64,000 nucleotides of DNA from an uncultured Candidatus Saccharibacteria bacterium (lineage in GTDB: Bacteria; Patescibacteriota; Minisyncoccia; Phycocordibacterales; GCA-2401445). The stretch lies in contig CAYTAR010000002.1 of NCBI GenBank assembly GCA_964436015.1, positions 9,521-73,520 of the forward strand, given 5' to 3'. Numbering within the stretch: position 1 is the first letter of the stretch; each line of letters begins with the position of its first letter. A program made the position numbers and the translations under genes. The notes under the pieces were generated by a model, which worked only from the letters and a program-made list of their open reading frames with translations, ran no database searches and was not told the origin of the DNA. Shown one piece after another: positions 45,967-56,673 of this stretch.

Positions 45967-46371
45967 ATGTCGTTACTTCATGAGTTTAAAGAGTTTGCAC
46001 TTCGGGGAAATGTGTTTGATCTAGCAATTGGGGTAGTGATTGGAGGCGCATTTGGGAAAATAGTCACCTCACTCGTCTCTGACATCATCAGTCCAATTAT
46101 TGGGAAAATTACGAGTGGGGTTGATTTTAGCACCCTCTCATTGGTCATTGGGGTAGGCAGAGATGGGAGTGATATTGTTATCAAATATGGCTCATTTATA
46201 ACCGCAACCATTGATTTTGTTATTATTGCTTTTTGTATTTTCTTGGCAGTAAAGCAGGTGAATAGGTTTAAGAAAAAGGAAGAAAAGAAAGAATCAGAGA
46301 AAACGGTTGTGCCCCCTGAAGAGGTGTTATTATTGAGAGAAATTCGTGATCATCTAAAAAATACAAATTAG
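45967..46371 (+). CDS. mscL: large-conductance mechanosensitive channel MscL (start at MSLLHEF)
   Basis: [41 protein letters not shown] is the MscL signature. Confidence 0.9.
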   Translation: MSLLHEFKEFALRGNVFDLAIGVVIGGAFGKIVTSLVSDIISPIIGKITSGVDFSTLSLVIGVGRDGSDIVIKYGSFITATIDFVIIAFCIFLAVKQVNRFKKKEEKKESEKTVVPPEEVLLLREIRDHLKNTN

Positions 46372-46432
46372 TGGCATCACTCAGTGTAACCTTGTATACT
46401 ATCTGAGTTATTAATATAGTTATTATCGTAGT

Positions 46433-47122
46433 ATGAAAAAATTTATTATCATTGCTGTGCTCCTTATTCTCGGGTATGTTGCATACTCATTCTTAACTTC
46501 TGGATCAGAACAAGAATTAACGGGTGCTGCGATAGTTACTCCTGGCGGAGAAATACAAGCACCTATTGATCTTTCTACCACAGACCAGTTTGGGGTGGTA
46601 GCTACCGAAAGTAGCATTAAGTGGGAGGGAAGCAAAAAGATTATTCTCAACTATTTTGACCGAGGAACTATCAATGTGTTGAGTGGAACCCTTGGTTTAG
46701 TTGACGGATCGCTTGCGGGTGGTGAGGTGGTGATTGATATGAGCAGTATTGTCGCAACCTCAAATGGTCAAAATGATAATACTAAGAATTCTGGATTGGA
46801 AGGCCATTTGAAATCAGCAGATTTCTTTGATGTTGCAGTGCATCCAACTGCAACCATTGTCATGACAAAGGTTGAAAAGACAAATGGTGCAAATGAGTAT
46901 TCAATCACTGGAGATGTTACCATCAAAGGAAAGACAAACTCGGTTACCTTTCCCGCAACAGTATCGCTTGTGAACGGTGTGGTTACAGGAACCGCTAAGA
47001 TTACACTTGATAGAAGTTTGTGGGATGTACGGTTCGGTTCCGAGTCATTCTTTGATAATCTCGGAGATAATGTCATAAATGACAACTTCACTCTTGATAT
47101 TACGCTTGTAGCAAAGAAATAA
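46433..47122 (+). CDS. YceI-like polyisoprenoid-binding periplasmic protein
   Basis: Signal peptide; YceI-like motifs IKWEGSKKI and VTIKGKTNSVTFPA. Confidence 0.75.
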   Translation: MKKFIIIAVLLILGYVAYSFLTSGSEQELTGAAIVTPGGEIQAPIDLSTTDQFGVVATESSIKWEGSKKIILNYFDRGTINVLSGTLGLVDGSLAGGEVVIDMSSIVATSNGQNDNTKNSGLEGHLKSADFFDVAVHPTATIVMTKVEKTNGANEYSITGDVTIKGKTNSVTFPATVSLVNGVVTGTAKITLDRSLWDVRFGSESFFDNLGDNVINDNFTLDITLVAKK

Positions 47123-47137
47123 AAGTATACAAAGTAC

Positions 47138-47170
47138 AAAAAAACCGAAGATACTATCTTCGGTTTTTTT
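47138..47170. terminator. bidirectional terminator (YceI gene / nucleotidyltransferase gene)
   Basis: AAAAAAACCGAAGATActATCTTCGGTTTTTTTT. Confidence 0.8.
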
Positions 47171-47179
47171 TGTAGCTAG

Positions 47180-47905
47180 TTATTCGTGAGAATAGAGATT
47201 AGAAACTTCCTCAAGTTGCTCTTTGCTTCCGATGTCAAACCAGCGTTCAGTAAAAGGGTATGCATACACACTTCGCTTTTCAACAAGCCAGCGAATAAAA
47301 TCACCTAAATTGTCGTGTGCTGAATATTCTTGCATCATAAGGGGAATGTCTCGCACATCTTCTTTTTTGAAAATGTAGCACGCAGTGCTCGCGAGGGTTG
47401 ATTTCGGATGTTCGGGTTTTTCTTCAAATCCGATAACTTTGTTGTCAGAATCTAGCTCAACAACGCCGAATTTCTTTGCAACTGCTTCTTTTTTCTCAAG
47501 ATCCCGTGATGCCACAACAGAAGCATTTGTTTTTTCAAATACCTGAATTAGTTCAGTAAGTGAGAATTCAAAAAGGTTGTCTCCTGCAATGACCATTACG
47601 TCGTCATCAGTACCAAAAATTTTCGATGCAAACGCAATTGAACCTACCGCTCCAAGCCGTGTTTCATTTGTTTTGGTGCCATCATTGATTATTTCCACCT
47701 TTCGAGGTGAGTGCTCCTTCCACTCAAGAAAATGAGTGTAGAATTTGTCATTGGTTATTATGTAAATATCAGAAATGTCTTTTGGAAGTTTATCCAGGAT
47801 GTGTTCAAGGAGAGGTTTATTTCCAACAGGGAGAAGGGGTTTTGGGGTGTTAAGGGTTAACGGATAGAGACGTGTTGCATACCCGGCGGCAAGAATAAGG
47901 CATTT
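47180..47905 (-). CDS. sugar-phosphate nucleotidyltransferase (start trimmed to MKCLILAAGYATRL)
   Basis: G-x-G-T-R NTP-transferase motif LILAAGYATRLYPLT. Confidence 0.7.
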   Translation of the reverse strand, partial: KCLILAAGYATRLYPLTLNTPKPLLPVGNKPLLEHILDKLPKDISDIYIITNDKFYTHFLEWKEHSPRKVEIINDGTKTNETRLGAVGSIAFASKIFGTDDDVMVIAGDNLFEFSLTELIQVFEKTNASVVASRDLEKKEAVAKKFGVVELDSDNKVIGFEEKPEHPKSTLASTACYIFKKEDVRDIPLMMQEYSAHDNLGDFIRWLVEKRSVYAYPFTERWFDIGSKEQLEEVSNLYSHE

Positions 47906-48077
47906 CATATTCTCCAAAGCATACCATAGCGTCCCTTTTTTGGTAAAGGAATAGTGTAATGCTATCCACATGGAAGACTGTCAAGATATAGGTAAGGGGA
48001 TACAATAGATATATCGACCCCCGAGGTTCGGTATTTGTCGTATCTCGACCCTCGAGATATGGCTTAAATAAAGAAAA

Positions 48078-48506
48078 ATGAAAAAAATGTCAGACAGATT
48101 CATAACACTCAAGGAAGCTGGTGAATTATCAGGATACAGTTCGGACTATATTGGTCAATTAATCCGAAAAGGAAAACTTCCAGGACAGCAGGTGTATTCA
48201 AACGTTGCCTGGGTAACGACACCTGAAGCTGTGCTTGAGTATATGGAGGGGAGTAAGAGAAAAACACAGAGAAACTCGGAAGATCTGTTATTGCGCATAT
48301 TGAGGGGTGCATACATGTGCGCACTCTGGTTAGTTATTGTGATAGGAGGAATGTTCAGTTTATTTCTGTTTTACATGACATCAGTAAGTATTGATGCACG
48401 ACTCCAGTCTGCTATTCAAACAGAAGTTGAAGAACGTATCGTTACTGAGTTTGCCCAAGATACGAATGAGCGTTTTGTTTCATTTTCTTCACACATATTG
48501 CAGTAA
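48078..48506 (+). CDS. membrane-tethered helix-turn-helix protein (excisionase/MerR-like HTH + TM)
   Basis: ITLKEAGELSGYSSDYIGQLIRKGKLPGQQV HTH, then TM LWLVIVIGGMFSLFLFYM. First gene of the surface-protein locus. Confidence 0.5.
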   Translation: MKKMSDRFITLKEAGELSGYSSDYIGQLIRKGKLPGQQVYSNVAWVTTPEAVLEYMEGSKRKTQRNSEDLLLRILRGAYMCALWLVIVIGGMFSLFLFYMTSVSIDARLQSAIQTEVEERIVTEFAQDTNERFVSFSSHILQ

Positions 48507-50447
48507 ATGATAATCGATAGACCAAAACAGCTGAAAACAGTAGAAGATGCTCTCACTATAAATATGAGAAGTTTTTCGGTGTATCGCATATTAAGTAATT
48601 CATTCAGAACAAGTTTTATGTATCGCGGGCTCGGGAGTCTTTTACTACTCTCGGTGTTAGCTCCCTCAGTGATTCCCGTTTTTGTATATGCTGACGAGAT
48701 ACCAGTAGCTACAGTAAGCACTTCAACCAAAGAGTCTATCGTGCAAGTGGACGTAGATCCTGTTGCTAAGGTTGATTCAAAAGCAGAAGAAACCATCGTT
48801 CCTGTAGATGATTCAGATGAAGGGGGTGTTGAGGAAAATGTGTCAGAAGAGAGTGGTGTTGAGATTAATGATTCTAGTATAGAACATGAGGAGATAGAAG
48901 AAGGTGATGTTAAGGAAAGTGTAATAGAGGAAGAAATCCAGCTGATAGAAATTGCAAGCTCAACGTTGTCTGTTGAGGATGTAAGTGCTACTAGTACCCC
49001 CGCAACCTCAACTCCAATAATAATGAATGAGGAGTCTCAAGTTGGTACTACTACAGTTAGTACTTCCACAACAACACTCGTAGCGAGTACAACAAAAAAT
49101 GAAATAGAAATTTCAGAGGATGAGGGAGTGGCAACAAGTTCTAATAAACTTACGGAAGAAGGTAATACTGCGGGCGCGAGCGGAACAAGCTCGCCCATGT
49201 TAACTGTTGATCCGGCAGACCTTATACCTCCTGATATTACTATTGTTGGCAATAACCCGGCGTTTGTGGCTGTTGGTGTGCAGTATGTTGATCAAGGAGT
49301 CCTTGTAAATGACAACAAAAGCAATAACTTGGGCCACACAATTCGTGTAAATGGTATAGAGGTTGATACGGTAACGCTTGATACAAGTACCACCAGTGAA
49401 TACGCAATAACTTATGTGGCGGTAGATCAAGATGGAAATACAGCAGTGGCAGTCCGAACGGTATTTGTTGGTATCGCAGAAAGTAGTATAGGGGAAGGCG
49501 TGTTAATGGAAAATGGTGTTGCGGGAGGAAGGGCTTCTTCAACTACAGATACCGTTGATGTGGTTTTTGAAGAAAACCATGATTTTGTACCCCAACAAAA
49601 TATTGAGTTTAATCTTTTGAATAAACATGTGTTTTCTGAATCTGATTGTGTGGTAGTGGGGAACGGTGAGTTTTACTGCGTAACCTCTGAGGATGCAAGA
49701 ACAAAGACAACAAACAACACTTCTCCAGTAGTGTTTGCAAAAAAATCAGACCAAGGGAATAAAGAAATATATTTCAATAATGGAGAATCACTTGTACAGA
49801 TCACTAACAATGACTTTGATGATGATCGACCCGTGTATGATGCAATTACTGGTATCATTGTGTGGCAATCACTCCGAGGCGATCGTTTGCAAATAGTATC
49901 CTACAATACCGTAACGGGAGTTGAGGTGGAGATTACTAATACTCCATATAACAACAGCAACCCTCATGTGCAGGGAACGACTGTGGTGTGGCAAGGGTGG
50001 GTAAATAATAACTGGGAAATATTTGTTGCTGATGCGACACGGAAAGCAGAAGACACTCTAGAGCCGGTAACGCGTAATGTGTGGAACGATATGTTTCCAC
50101 AGGTAAAGGGAGATATTGTCACCTGGCAGTCACGAGTAAATGATGCATGGAAAGTGTTTATCTATGATATCCGTACGAAAGAAATATCCGAGGTGGCTGT
50201 TCCTGCTGGGGGAAGTATTGAGAATCCCCGATTCGTTATTTTAGTTGAAAACAGACTTACGAATGGTGATGTAGAGACTTATGGGTATGACATTACTACG
50301 AAAGAAACATTTCCACTTGGTGCAGAGCGAAGGGCTACGCAAGAGATTCCAGAAAATCCGGCACAAACGGAGCCAACCGTGCTTCCTGTGGTGCAGGAGG
50401 TTAGAGCTCCGAAAGACGATGAGGGTGGAGTAGATGATACATTATGA
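48507..50447 (+). CDS. secreted surface protein with an acidic region, an Ig-like (DUF5011-type) domain and beta-propeller-like VxWQ repeats (signal peptide probably starts at nt 48618)
   Basis: MYRGLGSLLLLSVLAPSVIPVFVYA signal; DITIVGNNP...YVDQG Ig-like; repeated ...VVWQ...W.IF..D blades. Confidence 0.55.
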   Translation: MIIDRPKQLKTVEDALTINMRSFSVYRILSNSFRTSFMYRGLGSLLLLSVLAPSVIPVFVYADEIPVATVSTSTKESIVQVDVDPVAKVDSKAEETIVPVDDSDEGGVEENVSEESGVEINDSSIEHEEIEEGDVKESVIEEEIQLIEIASSTLSVEDVSATSTPATSTPIIMNEESQVGTTTVSTSTTTLVASTTKNEIEISEDEGVATSSNKLTEEGNTAGASGTSSPMLTVDPADLIPPDITIVGNNPAFVAVGVQYVDQGVLVNDNKSNNLGHTIRVNGIEVDTVTLDTSTTSEYAITYVAVDQDGNTAVAVRTVFVGIAESSIGEGVLMENGVAGGRASSTTDTVDVVFEENHDFVPQQNIEFNLLNKHVFSESDCVVVGNGEFYCVTSEDARTKTTNNTSPVVFAKKSDQGNKEIYFNNGESLVQITNNDFDDDRPVYDAITGIIVWQSLRGDRLQIVSYNTVTGVEVEITNTPYNNSNPHVQGTTVVWQGWVNNNWEIFVADATRKAEDTLEPVTRNVWNDMFPQVKGDIVTWQSRVNDAWKVFIYDIRTKEISEVAVPAGGSIENPRFVILVENRLTNGDVETYGYDITTKETFPLGAERRATQEIPENPAQTEPTVLPVVQEVRAPKDDEGGVDDTL

Positions 50448-53400
50448 CCCTACGCGCATTGAGAAGAATTTGGGTGAATAAAAAAAAATGGGGAGCACGC
50501 ACGGTGGCGGTTTTTATTGTGTTCACTTTTTTGTTTTCTGATATCTCACAGTTTATTCGTATACCATGGGGTACTATTTTCAGAGCTGAAGCTGCACCTG
50601 TTTTGATTGAGGATACACTCACCATAGTAGATGACTCCATGTTGAATACTTCACCCACAACCGTTTTTATCAGTGATACGGTTGGGTATACTTTTTTTGT
50701 AGATAATGGAAATGCGTGTAGGTATGCCTCAACAACAGATGCGGGGGCTACATGGAGTCTGGCATACACCGTTGACTCGGTTAATACGACAGATTGTTTT
50801 CGTGTCGCGGTGTGGTATGACCAATGGACTCCTGGAGATGATACCGGTACGGTGATACATATTGCAACTCTCGATACGGGCGATGATGATATTTTCTATA
50901 CATCACTTAATACCGTAACTAATCAACTTTCCACAACAGTGATCGCGACAAATCAGGCGGGTACATTTGCTGCGGGTACTAACTATCATTCAATTACGAA
51001 AGGTGGTGATGGAAACTTGTACATGGCTGCAAATGATGCATCGGACAGTTGGATAGTTCGGTGTACGGGCACCTGTACGAGTGCGGGTAATTGGTCAGAA
51101 ATTGCTAATCCGTACGAATTACAGAATGATTGGCCACTTCTTGTGCCGCTTTTGAATGGAAACATAATGACCATACGAATGGATTTATCAGGAAATGATT
51201 ATGACTATAACATTTGGAATGGTTCTATATGGAGTGGATGGACAACTATCTTAACAACCGCGGGTGAGAATGCAACTTTTGATGCTCATTTTGGGGCAAC
51301 GATAGATAAGAGAACAGGGGATGTGTACTTTGTTGGGGTAACTGATAATGCGACGTTGGGAACCGATGACGATATTCGTACCGCATACTACAACCACCAT
51401 AACGGTACGTGGAGTGTGATGGGTAATGTGCTTACTAATGATACAAAAGGTATACGAGACGCTAAAATATTTTTTGACCAGAATTCTGGAGATGTGTATG
51501 TTACCTATTCCGCACTCACCACTCCAAATAGTGCGACAACTGGTAATGTGTACTATAAATATTCAACTGACGGTATGGTTTCGTGGAGCAGTGAGGTACA
51601 GGTAAATACCGTCTCAGGCAACTTGTTTGGTGCGGGACACAATAACTTAATGAGTACTGAGCGTGCATATGTTACATGGAAAAACATATCGGGCGATGAT
51701 TTGTTTGGAGAGACTGTAGTTAATCTTTCTCCGCCTGCGCTTGAGCAGTACTCATATCGATGGTACGAATCTGCGACAAGTACTGCTCCAGGTGCACCTC
51801 TTGCAAATGCAAACACGACCGCAACGTCAACAGAGAGGGGTACGCCATTTCGTCTCCGTATCGCTCTCGATATAGACGATTCAAAAATTGCTTCCAGTTC
51901 TCTCTCTTTTAAACTTCAATATGCAGAGCGGAGTGGGATTTGCGATATTTCTTTTACCGGGGAAACGTACACTGATGTTCTTACTTCAAGTGGGGCAGTG
52001 AGATTTTATGATAATACTGGTGTTGCCTCTGGGGTACAAGCGACGGTGTCTGCGAACGAACCTATTCCGAGTGAAGGTTCTTTTTCTTACCAGTCATATA
52101 TTGAAGGTGGGACATTTACTAATACGTATGGAAGTATCGCAACGAGTAGCGACGGCCTATGGGATTTTTCTTTAATCGATATTTCTTCACCTGAAGAAAC
52201 CCGGTACTGCTTCAGAGTGGTGTATGCGGACGGTAGCACGCTTGAATCATACTCTGTAATTCCTGAACTTATTACCCCATCGCGTCCACCAATTGTTACT
52301 CAGGCGCATTTTCATTTCAGAAATGATAACGGAGGAGAGGATGATGCAACGTCAGCTACAGGAGGGGTTGAGGATACAAATCTTTTTGGTGTATTTCCAA
52401 CCACCACAATACGTATGCGTATTGGAGTTGAAAATAGAGGGTTAAGCACATCAAGTCCAATTCAGTATCGTCTTGAGTACGCGGAAAAAGGCGCGAGTTG
52501 TGAAGTAAGTACAGGCTGGACTGATGTTGGAAGTTCTGGAGGAGCTTTCAATATGAATCCAATTGCAAACTTAACAGAGGGAGGAGATACTACAGATATT
52601 GCGATTGCGTTAGGAGGTGTGAGTACTAATGAATCTTATTTCGTAAGTCCAAACGGTGGTGTTCGAGATACAAATTCACAGACCAGTGCCATAACGCTTG
52701 GTCCTGATGAGTATACTGACCTTGAGTATTCAATTACCGCGACAGGTGACTCAAATGAGGGAACAACATACTGTTTTAGGATAACCGATGCAGGGTCGGT
52801 GATTGATAGTTATAGTGTGTATCCACAGATAACTATGGCTGCTTCAGTAGAAGTATCAACTATCGGTAGTCAGGTGACATCAGTCAATGCAGGAACTAAT
52901 AATTTTTATGTGGGTGGAGCTTTTGTGATAACTGATGGAATAGGAGGGCATTCTGTTACGAGTATTACCATTGCCGAACAGGGAACCGTAGATGCTGGAA
53001 GTAATATAGAAAACATACGCTTATACTACGATCTTGATACGACATTTCCATATGATTGTAGTAGTGAGTCATATGGGGGAGGTGAGTTGCAGTATGGCGC
53101 CACAAGTACCAGTTTTTCCTCCGCAGATGGGACCGCAACTTTTAATGGGTCAGTAGGCATCGATACTGATCAGTCATTATGTTTGTATGTAGTGCTTGAT
53201 ATTGCGAGTGGAGCGAGTGACGGCGAGACTCTTGAAATAGAAATTCCAAATGCAAGTACTGATGTTGTGGTAAGTGATAATCCATCAATTTCACCAACTA
53301 CCTTTGTTCGTTTAGCGGATACAACAACCATAAATAGCTCTGTATTAGATATGACTCATTTCCATTTTAGAAATAATGACGGAGGGGAGGGTGATGCAAC

Positions 53401-56400
53401 GTCAGCTACAGGAGGAGTTGAGGATACGCCGGTGACTGATTTGAGAAAAAACACACCAATACGTCTAAGGTTGCAGGTCGCTAATAGCGGAGGAGTGGGG
53501 GCATCTTCCTTGGCACTTCGTCTTGAGTATGGGGTGAAGGTGAGTTCGTGTAGCGCGGTTTCTGTATGGCAAGATGTCGGTGCCACTGAGGGGGATTGGG
53601 ACATGTATGATTCAACATTTCTTACTGATGGAGACAATACTACGGATATCGTACTTGGTATTGGTGGGGTGAGTAATGAGGGGGTAGATTTTCTTGATGT
53701 GAATGGTGGGGTAAAGGATACTTCCTCTCAAACTGCTCCATTTACGTTGGCTCCAAATGAGTATGTAGAACTTGAGTATTCAGTGTTCGCAACTGCTAGT
53801 TCAACAGCAGAGGGTGAATACTGTTTTCGGGTAACGAACCAAGGCACTCCACTTAATGTGTATTCAGTGTATGCAGAAGTAAGTATTGCTCCAAATCAAG
53901 ATTTTTTCATACAACGCGGTTTTGAGATTGTGAGTGGTACCAGTACTATTTTATACGCGGGAATAGATTACACTCCGCCACGGTTGGGTGGTCGTGCGTT
54001 TGTACGTATCACTAATACGCATCACACAGGCGCAGGGGACGATGATGGGGGAGGAACTCAGAATGCTGATGATGTAACCGCGTACATACTGAATCCTCAG
54101 GATATCGCTACCAGTATTACCATTGCGCGACCAGCGGCAGCGACAATAAATACTGGAGTAGCGTGGGAAATAGTTGAGTATCAAGGCTACCCAGGTGGAG
54201 GTAATGAAATGGTCGTACGCGAACAGGGAAATATATCCATGACAGGTTTATTTGCTACCACATCACCAATAAGTGGGGTGAGTAGCGACAGTGATGTAGT
54301 CGTGTTTATTACTGGAGCAATGACTCCTGATACTGGTACCGCTGATTACAATATGATGCAGGCAGTATCATCGTGGGATGTTCAAAGTCAGAGTGCGGTG
54401 TTTGAGCGAGGTGAGTCAGGAGACACTATCACTCTCAGTTATGCGGTGGTTGAATTTACTGGAAGACATTGGCGTGTGCAACGAGTTGCGCATAATTACT
54501 CGTCTGCTGTTGGCGCAGAGACGGAGACAATACCCTCTTCACTTAACAGTGTTTCTCGTGCATTTTTGCATACTCAGAAACTTGCTGGTGTGGGTGAGCA
54601 GGGCCTGGACGAATTTGGGCATACGGTTTGGATTTCTGGGGTTAATGAAATTTCATTTCAATTACAAAGCGGTGTAACCACACCAACCGCACACCGCTCG
54701 GTTGCATGGGTGATTGAGAATACGCAAGTTAATGGAACTCCAATGAATGTAATACAGTCAAGCGGTACTCAAAGTGGAGGAGCGGAGCCCAGCGTTGCAT
54801 CAATTGATATTGGCACTACGGTGGTTAGTATGGATACAACTTCTGTATTTACTAATTCTCGAGTGAATGGCACAAATACTGCATTCCCAAGACCGATACT
54901 CGCCGTGTATTTAATTTCCCGTACACAGTATCAATTTTGGATTAGTGATACAGGTGGGACGGTAACCTATCAAACTGAGGTGGTTGAGTGGCCAACTGCG
55001 CCAAGAAAGATAACCCAAAACTATTACCGAATATACGTGAATCAAGACACACTACTTCCGTCTGATGTGTGGCCGCAAGGAGCATCATCAATCGGGGAAA
55101 ATACAGTACTTTCACTCAATGATGTGCCTATTGATAGTGGAGATGTTATTCGTATACGTATGTCGGTGTTGGTTGAACAGGGGAATTTACCGGTGAACTA
55201 TCAATCATTTCGTTTGCAGTTTGGTGAACGCGAAACAACATGTTCCGCGGTAAGTGTGTGGCGCGATGTAGGACAAGTGGGAAGCACAACTGCATTATGG
55301 CGCGGATACAATAACGGCAGCGTCACAGATGGGGCAACGCTCTCAAGCGATCCTCCAAATGGAGGAGATTTGGTACTATCAGTTTCTGATAGAGCTGGTA
55401 CGTATGAGGAGTCAAATAATTCCGCGGTGAATCCATTTCCGGTATTCGCGGGAGAAGATGTTGAGTATGATTGGGTTGTTGAAAATAATGGAGCTTTGGA
55501 ATTGACACCGTACTGTTTCCGTATGGTTGAAGCAAATGGTTTGATGCTTGATGACTACGCTTACCACCCAACAGTATTTACCGCTGGGTATGAGGCGGTG
55601 AGCGAAGACTGGCGTTGGTTTGATGATGCTGAAAATGAGACTCCTCTATCAGCTCTTTCTCCAGAAAATTCTGCACCTATTGGAGTAGACTATGATACTA
55701 CCGTACAGTTGAGAGTGTTACTACATGAAATTGCAGGAAAAACTGGACCTCAATTAAAACTCCGTCTTCAGTTTGATGAGTCGGCAAGTTTTACCAATCC
55801 GCAGTTCGTCTCGAATGCGCTTGATTGTGCAGAAGGACTATCTCTCTGGTGTTATGCAGACGGTGGAGGAGTTGATAATGCAACCATAACGACCGCAGTT
55901 TTGACCAATGCAGATTCGTGCGTATCTGAAGTTGGTGATGGATGCGGAACGCACAATGAGCTTGCTACAACGAGTAGTTTATTTACTCATCAACCCAATG
56001 CAAACACAGAGTTTGCGTTTACCATTCGACATGTAGGAGCGCGTGCGAATACAGTCTATTTCTTCAGGATATATGATGTAACCAATGATAGATATGTGAG
56101 TGCAAGCACTACAAAAACGTACCCAAGCTTAGTTACTGAGGGCGCTGGACTTACGTTTACATTAAGTGGTGTTTCTTCGGGTGTAATAACTGAAGGTATC
56201 ACCACTGATAATGCAACAACTCCATACCATATTTCATTTGGCACGCTTCCTTTAAATACGGAGGTTGAAGTGGCGCAACGCCTCACCGTCACCACTAACG
56301 CAACCGAAGGATACCAAGTATTTATGTTTGCAAGGCAAGGATTGTTGTATGATACGGAAGAAATTACTCCAATTACTTCACTTAACTCAAACCCTTTGGG

Positions 56401-56665
56401 GTGGTCTCTTGGGTGCGATACTGGTTCTGTAACTGGTTGTTTCGGATATCATACAGGAGACGATACTCTTGCAGGTGGGTCGGTTAGATTTTCAGCAGAC
56501 GATACGTACGCTCGTTTGACTACGTCACCCCAGGAGATTATTTACAGCTCGCGTCCGGTTATAAACGAATCAACTGACGTGATCTTTAAAACGTGGGTAA
56601 ATGCAGATCAGCCTGGAGGGCTTTATGAGAGTAGTGTGGTGTATATTATTGTCCCTGTATTTTAA
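50444..56665 (+). CDS. giant (2073 aa) Thr/Ser/Gly-rich cell-surface repeat protein
   Basis: N-terminal TM/signal, then at least four ~350-aa repeats each containing C...YCFR(V/I/M) and HFHFRN(D/N)(N/D)GGE(D/G)DATSATGGVEDT. Confidence 0.7.
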   Translation: MTLRALRRIWVNKKKWGARTVAVFIVFTFLFSDISQFIRIPWGTIFRAEAAPVLIEDTLTIVDDSMLNTSPTTVFISDTVGYTFFVDNGNACRYASTTDAGATWSLAYTVDSVNTTDCFRVAVWYDQWTPGDDTGTVIHIATLDTGDDDIFYTSLNTVTNQLSTTVIATNQAGTFAAGTNYHSITKGGDGNLYMAANDASDSWIVRCTGTCTSAGNWSEIANPYELQNDWPLLVPLLNGNIMTIRMDLSGNDYDYNIWNGSIWSGWTTILTTAGENATFDAHFGATIDKRTGDVYFVGVTDNATLGTDDDIRTAYYNHHNGTWSVMGNVLTNDTKGIRDAKIFFDQNSGDVYVTYSALTTPNSATTGNVYYKYSTDGMVSWSSEVQVNTVSGNLFGAGHNNLMSTERAYVTWKNISGDDLFGETVVNLSPPALEQYSYRWYESATSTAPGAPLANANTTATSTERGTPFRLRIALDIDDSKIASSSLSFKLQYAERSGICDISFTGETYTDVLTSSGAVRFYDNTGVASGVQATVSANEPIPSEGSFSYQSYIEGGTFTNTYGSIATSSDGLWDFSLIDISSPEETRYCFRVVYADGSTLESYSVIPELITPSRPPIVTQAHFHFRNDNGGEDDATSATGGVEDTNLFGVFPTTTIRMRIGVENRGLSTSSPIQYRLEYAEKGASCEVSTGWTDVGSSGGAFNMNPIANLTEGGDTTDIAIALGGVSTNESYFVSPNGGVRDTNSQTSAITLGPDEYTDLEYSITATGDSNEGTTYCFRITDAGSVIDSYSVYPQITMAASVEVSTIGSQVTSVNAGTNNFYVGGAFVITDGIGGHSVTSITIAEQGTVDAGSNIENIRLYYDLDTTFPYDCSSESYGGGELQYGATSTSFSSADGTATFNGSVGIDTDQSLCLYVVLDIASGASDGETLEIEIPNASTDVVVSDNPSISPTTFVRLADTTTINSSVLDMTHFHFRNNDGGEGDATSATGGVEDTPVTDLRKNTPIRLRLQVANSGGVGASSLALRLEYGVKVSSCSAVSVWQDVGATEGDWDMYDSTFLTDGDNTTDIVLGIGGVSNEGVDFLDVNGGVKDTSSQTAPFTLAPNEYVELEYSVFATASSTAEGEYCFRVTNQGTPLNVYSVYAEVSIAPNQDFFIQRGFEIVSGTSTILYAGIDYTPPRLGGRAFVRITNTHHTGAGDDDGGGTQNADDVTAYILNPQDIATSITIARPAAATINTGVAWEIVEYQGYPGGGNEMVVREQGNISMTGLFATTSPISGVSSDSDVVVFITGAMTPDTGTADYNMMQAVSSWDVQSQSAVFERGESGDTITLSYAVVEFTGRHWRVQRVAHNYSSAVGAETETIPSSLNSVSRAFLHTQKLAGVGEQGLDEFGHTVWISGVNEISFQLQSGVTTPTAHRSVAWVIENTQVNGTPMNVIQSSGTQSGGAEPSVASIDIGTTVVSMDTTSVFTNSRVNGTNTAFPRPILAVYLISRTQYQFWISDTGGTVTYQTEVVEWPTAPRKITQNYYRIYVNQDTLLPSDVWPQGASSIGENTVLSLNDVPIDSGDVIRIRMSVLVEQGNLPVNYQSFRLQFGERETTCSAVSVWRDVGQVGSTTALWRGYNNGSVTDGATLSSDPPNGGDLVLSVSDRAGTYEESNNSAVNPFPVFAGEDVEYDWVVENNGALELTPYCFRMVEANGLMLDDYAYHPTVFTAGYEAVSEDWRWFDDAENETPLSALSPENSAPIGVDYDTTVQLRVLLHEIAGKTGPQLKLRLQFDESASFTNPQFVSNALDCAEGLSLWCYADGGGVDNATITTAVLTNADSCVSEVGDGCGTHNELATTSSLFTHQPNANTEFAFTIRHVGARANTVYFFRIYDVTNDRYVSASTTKTYPSLVTEGAGLTFTLSGVSSGVITEGITTDNATTPYHISFGTLPLNTEVEVAQRLTVTTNATEGYQVFMFARQGLLYDTEEITPITSLNSNPLGWSLGCDTGSVTGCFGYHTGDDTLAGGSVRFSADDTYARLTTSPQEIIYSSRPVINESTDVIFKTWVNADQPGGLYESSVVYIIVPVF

Positions 56666-56673
56666 TACTATAT

